NCBI GenBank assembly: GCA_050749465.1
Contig: JBOGRO010000015.1
Location: forward strand, 42,341 to 106,340
DNA length: 64,000 bases
Direction: 5' to 3'
From: Thermoplasmata archaeon
GTDB taxonomy: Archaea; Thermoplasmatota; Thermoplasmata; Lutacidiplasmatales; UBA184
The translations under genes and the position numbers were made by a program. Shown piece by piece: positions 46,195 to 54,215 of this stretch. Below the pieces are notes generated by a model. The model saw nothing but the letters and a program-made list of their open reading frames with translations. It was not told the origin of the DNA and did no database searches. Each line of letters opens with the position of its first letter. Position 1 is the first letter of the stretch.

Positions 46195-46586
46195 CGGGGG
46201 GTCTCCGGGTCGTGGGGGAGGGCCGGCACCGTCGTGGACCAGGTCGACACCGGGTAACCGCCGGTCCACGGCACCCACTCGGGCTCGATCGGACGGGCAG
46301 CGACTGCCACCGCGGGAGGACTCGTCACCGCGGCGGGGATGCCGCTCCGGTGGGTCGGGGTCGGGTCGAGGCCGAGGAGCGCGCCGCGGATCGAGAGCGT
46401 TCCGCCCGCGGGTACGGGGATTTCGGCCGCCTGGGTGAACTCCGCGAGGAGGTCTTGCTTCAGCCGACCGGCGCGAGCGTACCATCGGCCCGCGGTGCGC
46501 AGAAGCTCGCCGCTCTCCTTGCCGAAGAGGAGAAAGACCGCGGCGGCGGCGATGATGATCCAGTCGATGTCCGAGAAGAGCGCCAT
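46191..46586 (-). CDS. TatA/TatB-like Sec-independent translocase component.
   Basis: MALFSDIDWIIIAAAAVFLLFGKESGELLRTAGRWYARAGRLKQ shows the TatA/B TM helix and hinge motif. 131 aa. Confidence 0.6.
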   Translation of the reverse strand: MALFSDIDWIIIAAAAVFLLFGKESGELLRTAGRWYARAGRLKQDLLAEFTQAAEIPVPAGGTLSIRGALLGLDPTPTHRSGIPAAVTSPPAVAVAARPIEPEWVPWTGGYPVSTWSTTVPALPHDPETPR

Positions 46587-46590
46587 CAGC

Positions 46591-47439
46591 TCACCCCGCC
46601 CCCGCGACGAGCCGTGGCGGGCCTGCGCGGGTGTCGCGCCGGGTCTCCCAGCGCCTCGCGAAGTACGCCCCGCCGAAGTAGAGCCCGATCATCGGGGTGG
46701 CGATGAGGAGCATCGTGATCCCCGAGTTGTCGGGGGTGACGATCATGCCGAAGACGAGCGCGCCGATCACCGCGCCCCGCCAGTGTTTCCGCCACTCCGC
46801 GGCCTTGACCAGACCGAGGCGGGTCAGCGTGTAGATGAAGACGGGGAGCTCGAAGACGATCCCGAACGCGAGCGAGTAGAGGAGCGCGAACGTGACGAAG
46901 TCCTGGACCCCGAGCGTCGGCCCCGAGACCGACGAGAGACCCAACGCCGCGACGTACCGGAAGAGGAGGAGGAAGGTGAACGGCGTGAGGAAGACCACAC
47001 CGATTCCCGTCCCGAGTGCGAAGAGGGCGCTCGCGGGGATCCCGACCGTGCGCAGGAGGAGCCGCTCGTTCTGCCGGAGTGCCGGCATCAGGAACGCGCC
47101 GACCTCGTGGACGATCCAGGGCATCCCGACGATCAGGGCGACGAGGATACCGATCTCCATCTGGACCATGATCGAGTCGCCGACGCCGACGTTCAGGAGA
47201 ACGACGTTCGACGGCAGCATCCAGTGACGCATCGCGATGAACAACTGCGCCGAGACGTTGTAGAACGGGTTCGGCCACGGATAGGCGAACGGCACCGACA
47301 CGCCGAGGACCCGAAAGTGGAACGGGATCAGCTCGAAGAAGAGCAGGAAGCCAAAGATCGCGGCGAGCACGATCCCGATGCGGACGGCCCGGCGTCGGAC
47401 CTCCTGGAGGACCGACAGGATGCGGTCGAGGTCGCGCAT
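46591..47439 (-). CDS. tatC: Sec-independent protein translocase TatC.
   Basis: 282 aa, 6 TM, TatC-like. Confidence 0.9.
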   Translation of the reverse strand: MRDLDRILSVLQEVRRRAVRIGIVLAAIFGFLLFFELIPFHFRVLGVSVPFAYPWPNPFYNVSAQLFIAMRHWMLPSNVVLLNVGVGDSIMVQMEIGILVALIVGMPWIVHEVGAFLMPALRQNERLLLRTVGIPASALFALGTGIGVVFLTPFTFLLLFRYVAALGLSSVSGPTLGVQDFVTFALLYSLAFGIVFELPVFIYTLTRLGLVKAAEWRKHWRGAVIGALVFGMIVTPDNSGITMLLIATPMIGLYFGGAYFARRWETRRDTRAGPPRLVAGAG

Positions 47440-47543
47440 CAGTCACCCCGGGACCCCCCGGGGGTCGTGCGACCCTTCGCCCTTCGCCGGGCTCCGTTCT
47501 CTCGGTTGGTGGATGCCTCGCGCATGCAGCGTCGGGGCGTTCG

Positions 47544-47747
47544 CTAGTGGCTCGGACCCGTGGAGGGGGGCACGGTCGTCGCCGCCTGGTCGGCCTTCAG
47601 TTCCCGCTCGACCTCGAGGCGCCCTTTCTTGAACTCGCCGACGGACCGCCCCAGGCTGTGCGCCAGCTGCGGGATCTTGCTCGACCCATAGAACAGGATT
47701 CCGGCCACCACGGCAATGATCAACCAGTCGTCGAGAGAGTCGAACAT
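47544..47747 (-). CDS. tatA: Sec-independent protein translocase TatA.
   Basis: MFDSLDDWLIIAVVAGILFYGSSKIPQLAHSLGRSVGEFKKG is a canonical TatA. Confidence 0.85.
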   Translation of the reverse strand: MFDSLDDWLIIAVVAGILFYGSSKIPQLAHSLGRSVGEFKKGRLEVERELKADQAATTVPPSTGPSH

Positions 47748-47799
47748 CTCTACCCTCGAGGGCGAGACCGGTCCGAGTCAGGATATGGCGTTCGTATGG

Positions 47800-47825
47800 G
47801 AGGACCATACCGGTACGGAGAGTCC
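47800..47825. terminator. Perfect 9-bp stem hairpin (CCGGTACGG-AGAGT-CCGTACCGG), downstream of the phoU-like gene and upstream of tatA.
   Basis: A perfect inverted repeat seen directly in the sequence. Confidence 0.5.
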
Positions 47826-47848
47826 GTACCGGGGGTAGATAAGCCGCC

Positions 47849-48892
47849 TCAGGCCGCCTCGACCATCACGGTCTCGGTCCCCGCGGAGACGGCCCGGTCG
47901 ATGGCGATCTCCGCGAGCAGGGAGAGGCAGCCGGCCCCCCGTCCGAGGAGCAGCGAGGCCGCGCGGAGGCCCCCTTTGTGGGTCGGGCTCCCCCGCCGGT
48001 CCGCCGTGACCTCGACGAGCGCGGCGAGCCGCGTCGTTTCTTGGTAGACCTCGCAGGCGTGGTCGAGCGACGGGTGCATGAGCGTCTCGACCACGGTCTT
48101 GAGATGCGTCTTCATGTCGGGCAGGACCACGGCGAGCGCTTCCGCCGACCCACCGGGGAGTTTGGCGACCTCGTCGTTCAGCGTGCGAAGCGTCGCCGCG
48201 AACAGCTCGGCGAGCTCCTCCAGCGCGTGGACGACGACCCGCCACTCGAGCAGCTGGCGGGGGTCGGGGCTCCCGATCCGCCGGGCGAGCGACCAGTCTC
48301 GGCTCGCGAGGAACAGTTGGCGGACGAGGAGTGCGAGTACCTTACTGCCTTCCTCCTCGAGCGTCGTCGTGCGTCGGCTGCGCTGGCGCCGGGTGAGGAC
48401 CTCCTCGGTCTCCTCGAGAAAGGCGACCAAGATCATCTTCATGCGCTGGACGAGCTGCGGGAGGCCGTACTTCGACGGGTCGATGAAGTTCTGCAGGACA
48501 ACGCGGTTCGGCTCCTGGGCGACGACCGACACACCGAGGAGGCCTCGCGCGGTTTGGAGGAGCTCCTCGACCCGCTCCGGGGCGAGCGGCAGGTCGGTCC
48601 GGATCTCGATCGCGTCGTGCCCCACGCGGTAAGCGCCGACGACGAGCCGCTCGAGCACGCCCGGTGTATCGAACGACCGCGCGGTCACGAGGTAGGGGGC
48701 GCATCCGACCACCGCGCCCGGAAGCGGCGCCGGCTTCAGGTAGAGCGTGCCGTCATCGTTCTGGTCGAAGACGATCAGGTCGCCCGGCCGCAGGTTCATC
48801 GCCTCCGCCCACGGTTTCGGCAGCGTGACGGCGATCGACGAGTGTCCGGCCTTCAGTACGCGGCGCTCCCGACTCGGTGCTCCCCACGCCAT
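47849..48892 (-). CDS. AbrB/SpoVT-domain plus PhoU-domain regulator (archaeal phosphate-uptake-regulator type).
   Basis: N-terminal AbrB-like swapped-hairpin (SSIAVTLPKPWAEAMNLRPGDLIVF) followed by PhoU-like helical repeats. Confidence 0.75.
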   Translation of the reverse strand: MAWGAPSRERRVLKAGHSSIAVTLPKPWAEAMNLRPGDLIVFDQNDDGTLYLKPAPLPGAVVGCAPYLVTARSFDTPGVLERLVVGAYRVGHDAIEIRTDLPLAPERVEELLQTARGLLGVSVVAQEPNRVVLQNFIDPSKYGLPQLVQRMKMILVAFLEETEEVLTRRQRSRRTTTLEEEGSKVLALLVRQLFLASRDWSLARRIGSPDPRQLLEWRVVVHALEELAELFAATLRTLNDEVAKLPGGSAEALAVVLPDMKTHLKTVVETLMHPSLDHACEVYQETTRLAALVEVTADRRGSPTHKGGLRAASLLLGRGAGCLSLLAEIAIDRAVSAGTETVMVEAA

Positions 48893-48964
48893 CGAAGTTC
48901 CCCTAACCTACTACGAGGTCCGTAGGTTATAGGGGAGCCACCATTTGAGCGTTGCGCTCTCGGA
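48893..48964. promoter_or_regulatory. Promoter region of the phoU-like gene, with a palindrome (AACCTAC-N10-GTAGGTT, containing CTACTACG) overlapping a TATA-like CCTATAACC.
   Basis: Seen directly in the sequence. The motif resembles the palindromes at 11619-11756. Confidence 0.4.
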
Positions 48965-49633
48965 TTATCCTCTCGGCTCCTCAGGCTCGAGCGGTGGTTC
49001 GGGGGCGGTCGCGCCGGGGACTTCGGGCTCCGGGTAGCCGAGGCGCTGCGGCGGCATCTCGTAGGTGCTCCCGCGCCGGCGGCCGACCACGAATCCGAGC
49101 ACCAGCGCGATCACGACCAGGCTGACGATCGTCCCGACGATGATGAAGACCGCGATTCCCGGGCCGGTGTCGGGAGAAGAGGCCGAGATGTTCGCTGGCA
49201 GCGCCTCCCCGAACGCGATGAACCCGTACATCCCGCTCGAGAAGTGACCGGGCTCCAGACATACGAACTCGTACCACCCCGGAGAAGCGGGGGACTGGAA
49301 CGTTCCCACGTACTGATCGCCCGACCCCGATAGATTGTGCGTGAAGAGCGCGCCGTAGGTGTCGAAGAGCGGGGACACATCCGTTGTGGACGTAGGGATC
49401 ACGACGCCCTGACGGTCGATGATCGTGAACGTGTGGGGGATCGTGTCGGCGTCGGTGAACATGACGGTGATCGTCGAGTTGGTCGGGACGTTCGAGATGC
49501 CGTTAGGAGTGAAGAGGAACCCACTGTCCGCCGTCACCTGGACCGGGCCCGACGACGCGTCAACGACGCTGGCGGTCGCGCGCGCCGGCTCCGTGGCGAC
49601 CAGCGTCACCGCCACACCGCTCACGAGGATCAC
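48965..49633 (-). CDS. Type-1 (blue) copper protein, sulfocyanin/halocyanin-like, with a C-terminal TM anchor.
   Basis: The copper-ligand motif is YEFVCLEPGHFSSGMYGFI (Cys-x4-His-x4-Met) with an upstream His (IPHTFTI). An N-terminal signal-like segment and a C-terminal TM helix (IAVFIIVGTIVSLVVIALVLGFVV) are present. Confidence 0.8.
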   Translation of the reverse strand: MILVSGVAVTLVATEPARATASVVDASSGPVQVTADSGFLFTPNGISNVPTNSTITVMFTDADTIPHTFTIIDRQGVVIPTSTTDVSPLFDTYGALFTHNLSGSGDQYVGTFQSPASPGWYEFVCLEPGHFSSGMYGFIAFGEALPANISASSPDTGPGIAVFIIVGTIVSLVVIALVLGFVVGRRRGSTYEMPPQRLGYPEPEVPGATAPEPPLEPEEPRG

Positions 49634-49812
49634 CGCGATCGCGATCGCGACGGCGGTGCGACGTACTTCGCTTGAGCTCGTGGGATCCTCCTCGCGATGC
49701 GGACGGCCGCGGAACGGGGGGTGTCGTTCAAAGCCCCTACGTACGTACCGGACCCGTCGCGCCCGCTGGGGTAAGGCTGAGCTGCCTTCGCGACAGTTCG
49801 TACGCGAGCCAT

Positions 49813-50070
49813 ATGAAGCTCATTTCCCCCTGGCCGACCGTGTCGGTACGCGACCTCCCCCCCGCGGGGTTCGTCGCGCCGGCCGCGGCTCCCGCGGTCG
49901 CGCTCGCCGGGCTTGTCGCGTCCGGCGAGACCCCGCTCCAGCTCACCGAGCCGGTCCTCTGGCTCATGCTCGCGCTGACGGTCGGCGGCGCGATCGTCAC
50001 CTACGCGTTCCTCGTCTACGCCGTCTGGCGCTTCCGCGACCCGACGATGAAGGGGCGACGCCATGGTTAA
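49813..50070 (+). CDS. coxB: N-terminal (TM1) fragment of heme-copper oxidase subunit II, separated from the rest by a frameshift.
   Basis: MKLISPW...LWLMLALTVGGAIVTYAFLVYAVWRFRDPTMKGRRHG* matches the subunit II TM1 plus the basic loop. The stop overlaps the ATG of the next ORF (ccATGGTTAAcaag). Confidence 0.6.
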   Translation: MKLISPWPTVSVRDLPPAGFVAPAAAPAVALAGLVASGETPLQLTEPVLWLMLALTVGGAIVTYAFLVYAVWRFRDPTMKGRRHG

Positions 50071-50521
50071 CAAGTACGAGATCGCGTGGACGCTCGCGGT
50101 CGTCGTGATGATGGCCGGGGTCGCCGCGTACTCGACGATCCTCCTCTACCAGCTCGACGCGCTCCCGGCGGACCCGACCGAGTACGTCAACGTGATCGGC
50201 CACCAGTGGTACTGGGAGTTCTGCTACTCGAACGACACGTGCTACAACTCGACCTACGACGCGACGACGAATACCGTCAGTGGCGGTGCTTTATGGGCGC
50301 CCCCGGGGGCCACGGTCCAGATCAACGTCACCGGGGCTGACGTGGTCCACTCGTTCAACATCCCGCAGCTCGGTGTGCGGATCGATGCGATCCCGGGCCG
50401 GGTCAACCAGTTCGCGTTCACGGTCCCGAACGTGAACGCCGGCACGCAGTACCTCATCCAGTGCACCGAGTTCTGTGGCGAATTCCACGGAACGATGCGT
50501 TCGTTCCTTGTGATCACCTAG
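50063..50521 (+). CDS. coxB: Heme-copper oxidase subunit II (TM2 plus the CuA cupredoxin domain).
   Basis: Contains NKYEIAWT, HQWYWEF, HSFNIP and CTEFCGEFHGTM (the CuA ligands). Confidence 0.85.
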   Translation: MVNKYEIAWTLAVVVMMAGVAAYSTILLYQLDALPADPTEYVNVIGHQWYWEFCYSNDTCYNSTYDATTNTVSGGALWAPPGATVQINVTGADVVHSFNIPQLGVRIDAIPGRVNQFAFTVPNVNAGTQYLIQCTEFCGEFHGTMRSFLVIT

Positions 50522-50597
50522 ACCTGTACCGAGTTCTCTCAAATTCTCGGGGCGGACCGCTTTGAGCGCTCTCGCGCCGTCGCGAGGCGGTCCGGCG

Positions 50598-51635
50598 TCA
50601 GGAGTGCCCTTCGTGCCCGCCGGGCTTCGAGGGGAAACGTCCCGAGTACGCCGCGACCGTCGCGACGAGAACCCCGATCCCCAATAGGACCCCGGAACCG
50701 ATCAAGATCCACTCCTCGACGATCGCGGTGGACGGCAGTACGGGCGGAGCGGGTGGAGGGACCCCGACGTAGAGCATCCCGTACATGCCGGCGGCGAAGT
50801 GGCCGGCGACCGTGCAAATGTACTCGTAGATCCCGGGCGCCCGGATCGTGAAGTTCCCCCAGACGGTGTTCCCCGGCCCCGAGGGGACCGTCGAGCTGAC
50901 GAGCGGGGCGTTGGTGGCGAAAGTGGACGTGAAGTTGGCCGGCGAGAGAGTGTAATTGATGAGCGGAGAGACCGTGAACGTGTGCCCGAGGTTCCCCTGG
51001 TTCGTGACGAGGACATCGACGATCAGGGGGTAGTGGGTCGCGTTCGCGACGAGCACGTCGGGGGTGAAACTGGGCGTATCGGTCGTGTTGTCCGACAGTA
51101 CGGCCCCGGGGCCGCTCGCGCTCAGGTTGACGAAGCCCGCCATCCCCGACTGGAACTGGTACGGGACGACCGAGACGAACTCGAAGGAGTCGCCCCCGAA
51201 GGAGCTGTTGAAGCTGACGTTTGCCCACGCGCTCGTCCCCGGGGCGACCGAGACGTTCGCGAGCGAGCCGTTCGCGTTGAAGAACGCGTAGAGCTGGGCC
51301 GGGGTCCACGTCGACTTGAGCACGACGTTCGGCAACTTCGACAGCGTGAACGTGTGGGTGTAGTCCCCCTGGTTGACCAGGCGGACCGAGAGGTTCGCTC
51401 CCGGAGTGGCGCTCAGGGCGTGGGGCGTGAAGGCGGGCGTGTCGGTCATGTTGACCGTTGCGTTCGAGTTCGGCACGGCCAGCGGGTGGCCGTAGCCGAG
51501 CAGCGGGGCCGCGGGCAGCGCCCCGATCGCGGCTGCGCCAGGGAGCCCGACCGTGGCGACGAGCGCCGCCGCGACGAGCCACGGGAGTGCACGGCGAACG
51601 GGGGCGGAAAGTCGTCGCGCCCGAACGTCGGTCAC
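50598..51635 (-). CDS. Tandem-cupredoxin secreted, membrane-anchored protein. Domain 2 has an intact type-1 copper site; domain 1 has lost its ligands. The protein is rich in N-glycosylation sequons.
   Basis: Signal peptide (RRALPWLVAAALVATVGLPGAAA). Domain 2 has HTFTV...YEYICTVAGHFAAGMYGML. Domain 1 has FEFVSVVPYQFQSGMAGFV, with no Cys or His. More than 15 N-x-S/T sequons. C-terminal TM (WILIGSGVLLGIGVLVATVAAY). Start assigned to an internal GTG, because the 5' 283 codons of the ORF-track ORF are Arg-rich and overlap the next gene. Confidence 0.7.
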   Translation of the reverse strand: MTDVRARRLSAPVRRALPWLVAAALVATVGLPGAAAIGALPAAPLLGYGHPLAVPNSNATVNMTDTPAFTPHALSATPGANLSVRLVNQGDYTHTFTLSKLPNVVLKSTWTPAQLYAFFNANGSLANVSVAPGTSAWANVSFNSSFGGDSFEFVSVVPYQFQSGMAGFVNLSASGPGAVLSDNTTDTPSFTPDVLVANATHYPLIVDVLVTNQGNLGHTFTVSPLINYTLSPANFTSTFATNAPLVSSTVPSGPGNTVWGNFTIRAPGIYEYICTVAGHFAAGMYGMLYVGVPPPAPPVLPSTAIVEEWILIGSGVLLGIGVLVATVAAYSGRFPSKPGGHEGHS

Positions 51636-51727
51636 GGTCTTTCCTGACGGCGCTCGGACCTGGGGGCGGTTGATATGCGTGTTGTACGAATCCTCCGGCG
51701 ACTCCGGCCGGAACGGTCCATCCGCCG

Positions 51728-52720
51728 TCAGTGTCCGGAGACGCCGCCCGCCTCGGGCGCGCGGGCCTCTCCGAGGACCGGGGCGGGGCGGGCGAAAGGC
51801 GCGCGCGCCTCCTCGTCGTCCGACGGGGACCGCCGTAGCCACGGGAGCTCCGACGACCCCGCGTAGAAGCGGCGCAAGAGGTAGGCGATCTCGACGCCCA
51901 TCACGAGCGCCATCACGGTGCCGAAGGCGAGGACCGCGGCGTACGAGCCACTCGTGGCGACGAGCGCGAGGCCCGCGAGCGCCGTGGCGAGGAAGGCGGC
52001 CGCGAGCCCGATGAGAAGTCCGACCTCCTCCAGCCGGACGGCCGAGCGGCCGGACAACGCACGGACGAGGAACGCGAAGATCGCGACCATGAGGACGGTC
52101 ATCGCGAGTCCCCCCACGGTCGGGTACGCGGTGACCCACGGAGCGATCACGGCGGAGAGCGTCAGCGCGATGAGGGCGGAGCGCTCGACCCGCGCGAGCG
52201 GGGCCCAGAGGACGAGCGCCCCCATGATCGCGGCCATCGACCAGAAGAACCAGACCGAGGAGACGCCGAGTGCGAGCGTCGGGAGGAGGGGGAGGGGAAC
52301 GCTCTCGCCGCCGAGGGCGAAGAGCAGCCCCATCAAGACCTCCGAGCCGGTCGTGACGACCGCGAGCGCGGCCGGCCACGTCCAGTCGCGGAACCCGATC
52401 CGACGATCGCGGAAGACGATGAGGCCGATGAACCAGAGGCCCGCGGGACCCATCATCATGAAGTTGAACGCGAGGAGGACCCACGTCCAGGCGGACGTGC
52501 CGTTCGAGTTCACGAAGACGAAGACGAGCGAGAGGAGGAGCACGCTCCCGCCGCCGATCACCGCGAGCACGAGGGTCATCTGGGTGACGAGCGGCGGACG
52601 ACCGTCGGTCGGGAGCGCCTTCGCGAAGACGAAGACCGTGACCGCGACCATGCTGATCGCGATCGCCGCGAACGGCGCGAGCGCGCCCGTGACGCCGAGC
52701 GGGGGCAGGGGGAACGTCAC
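51728..52720 (-). CDS. Hypothetical polytopic membrane protein (about 9 TM, no His-rich motifs).
   Basis: 330 aa, hydrophobic throughout, GTG start. Confidence 0.5.
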   Translation of the reverse strand: MTFPLPPLGVTGALAPFAAIAISMVAVTVFVFAKALPTDGRPPLVTQMTLVLAVIGGGSVLLLSLVFVFVNSNGTSAWTWVLLAFNFMMMGPAGLWFIGLIVFRDRRIGFRDWTWPAALAVVTTGSEVLMGLLFALGGESVPLPLLPTLALGVSSVWFFWSMAAIMGALVLWAPLARVERSALIALTLSAVIAPWVTAYPTVGGLAMTVLMVAIFAFLVRALSGRSAVRLEEVGLLIGLAAAFLATALAGLALVATSGSYAAVLAFGTVMALVMGVEIAYLLRRFYAGSSELPWLRRSPSDDEEARAPFARPAPVLGEARAPEAGGVSGH

Positions 52721-52782
52721 GGGGGCTCCGGGCGCATCAGGAAGCCCGCGCTCTTATTCCGGCAGTACCGACCGGGTCCGCG

Positions 52783-53625
52783 TCAGGGCGCCGAGGAGGA
52801 CGTTTTCGCTGCCCCGGACTCGAAGCGTCGGATCAACTGGGTCGTCACCTCGATGAGCGGGTGCTGGGACGACTGGTCGATCTCGATGTCGTCGATCGTG
52901 CGGAGGTGGTGCTCGCGCGCGAGACGCTCGAAGCCGGTCTCGGAGCGGGCGAACTCCTCGGGGTGGTCGCAGGTAAGGATGAACGCCTGGAGTTGCGCCA
53001 GGCCCATCTCGCGGGCCGCGAGCGCGCGGTGGTGACCGTCGACCAGGATCCAGACGTCGCCCTTCTGGACGACGAGGACCGGCTCCGCGAAACCCCGTTC
53101 GAGCTCGTAGCGCCGCCCGGCGAGCTCGTCCTCGAAGACCTTCCACTGGGTCGGGGTCAGCCGCTCGATCGGGACGAGCCCCCGGTGGAACGAGAACGAG
53201 AGGTCGTAGCGCTGGCTGAGCAGGTGGCGCAGCGTCTCGGCCTTCGCGGGCGAGGCCCGCTCGAAGTGCGAGCGGACGATGTCGAGGTTCGACAGGATGC
53301 CGCAGAGTCGCCCGTCGGCGTCAATGATCGGGAGGTCCCGGAGTCCGAAGCGGAACATGATCCGCGCCGCGTCGTCCAGCCCCGTGTTCGGGTTCGCGGT
53401 GTAGGTGCCGGGCCGGATGATCCGCGCGAGCGGGGTCCCGCCGTCGTCGGCGTGGCGGAGGAGCTCCTTTGCGCTGACGAAGCCGACCAGCTTCCCCGAC
53501 GCGTCGGTCACGGGGAGCCCGTGGTGCCGGCTCCGCGAGAGCCGCTCGATCGCCTCCCGGATCGTCGTCGTGTCCCGCAGGTGCTCCACCTCGAGCACCA
53601 TGTAGTCCTGGACCCGGATCGTCAT
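52783..53625 (-). CDS. CBS-pair fused to a ParB/sulfiredoxin-like nuclease domain.
   Basis: Two CBS modules (MVLEVEHLRDTTTIREAIERL...HGLPVTD; LPIIDADGRLCGILSNLDIV) are followed by ILVDGHHRALAAREMG, a ParB-like motif. Start at the internal ATG, with an ATGA overlap with gmhA. Confidence 0.7.
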   Translation of the reverse strand: MTIRVQDYMVLEVEHLRDTTTIREAIERLSRSRHHGLPVTDASGKLVGFVSAKELLRHADDGGTPLARIIRPGTYTANPNTGLDDAARIMFRFGLRDLPIIDADGRLCGILSNLDIVRSHFERASPAKAETLRHLLSQRYDLSFSFHRGLVPIERLTPTQWKVFEDELAGRRYELERGFAEPVLVVQKGDVWILVDGHHRALAAREMGLAQLQAFILTCDHPEEFARSETGFERLAREHHLRTIDDIEIDQSSQHPLIEVTTQLIRRFESGAAKTSSSAP

Positions 53626-54215
53626 CGCTCGGAGATCGGGCCCTCGTCCCGTAGGTAGGCGGCGAGGAGGTGGAGCAGGACGACGTGGACGTCCTCGGTG
53701 TGCTGCATGCTGTTCGACGGGACCACGACCGGGACGTCGACCATGCCCTTCATCTTCCCGCCGCCCATCCCGGTGAGACCGATCGTCGTGACGCCGGCGG
53801 CTCGCGCGATGCGCACCGCCTCGAGCACGTTCGGCGAGTTCCCGCTGCCCGAGATCGCGATCGCGACGTCGCCCTTCACGGCGAGCGTCGTCAATTGCTC
53901 CGAGAAGATCCGGGAGTAGTCGGTGTCGTTCGCCCACGCGGTCATGCTCGGGATGTTGTCGTTCAACCCGACGCAGCGGATCCGCGGCCCCGGCCCGCGG
54001 CTCGCGATCTTCGAGAGGTCGACCACGAAGTGTGAGGCGGCCGACGCGCTCCCGCCGTTGCCGAGAAGGAAGACCGTTCGTCCCTCGCTCCGGGCCCGCA
54101 CGAGGAGTGGGACGATCCGCCGGGCGGCCTCGAGGAGGTACGGCTCGGCGAGCACGGCCTTCGCCTCCTCGAGGTAGCGCCGGGCGTAGGCGTCGAGTCC
54201 GGTAGGCTCCGTCAT
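53622..54215 (-). CDS. gmhA: D-sedoheptulose 7-phosphate isomerase (SIS domain).
   Basis: GmhA-like sequence: FLLGNGGSASAASHFVVDL...IAISGSGNSPNV. Confidence 0.8.
   Translation of the reverse strand: MTEPTGLDAYARRYLEEAKAVLAEPYLLEAARRIVPLLVRARSEGRTVFLLGNGGSASAASHFVVDLSKIASRGPGPRIRCVGLNDNIPSMTAWANDTDYSRIFSEQLTTLAVKGDVAIAISGSGNSPNVLEAVRIARAAGVTTIGLTGMGGGKMKGMVDVPVVVPSNSMQHTEDVHVVLLHLLAAYLRDEGPISER

Noticed and set aside
51636-52484. 5' 283 codons of ORF 50598..52484.
   Set aside because: It is Arg-rich and overlaps the membrane-protein gene 51728..52720 in another frame. The signal peptide and cupredoxin domains begin at the internal GTG at about 51635.
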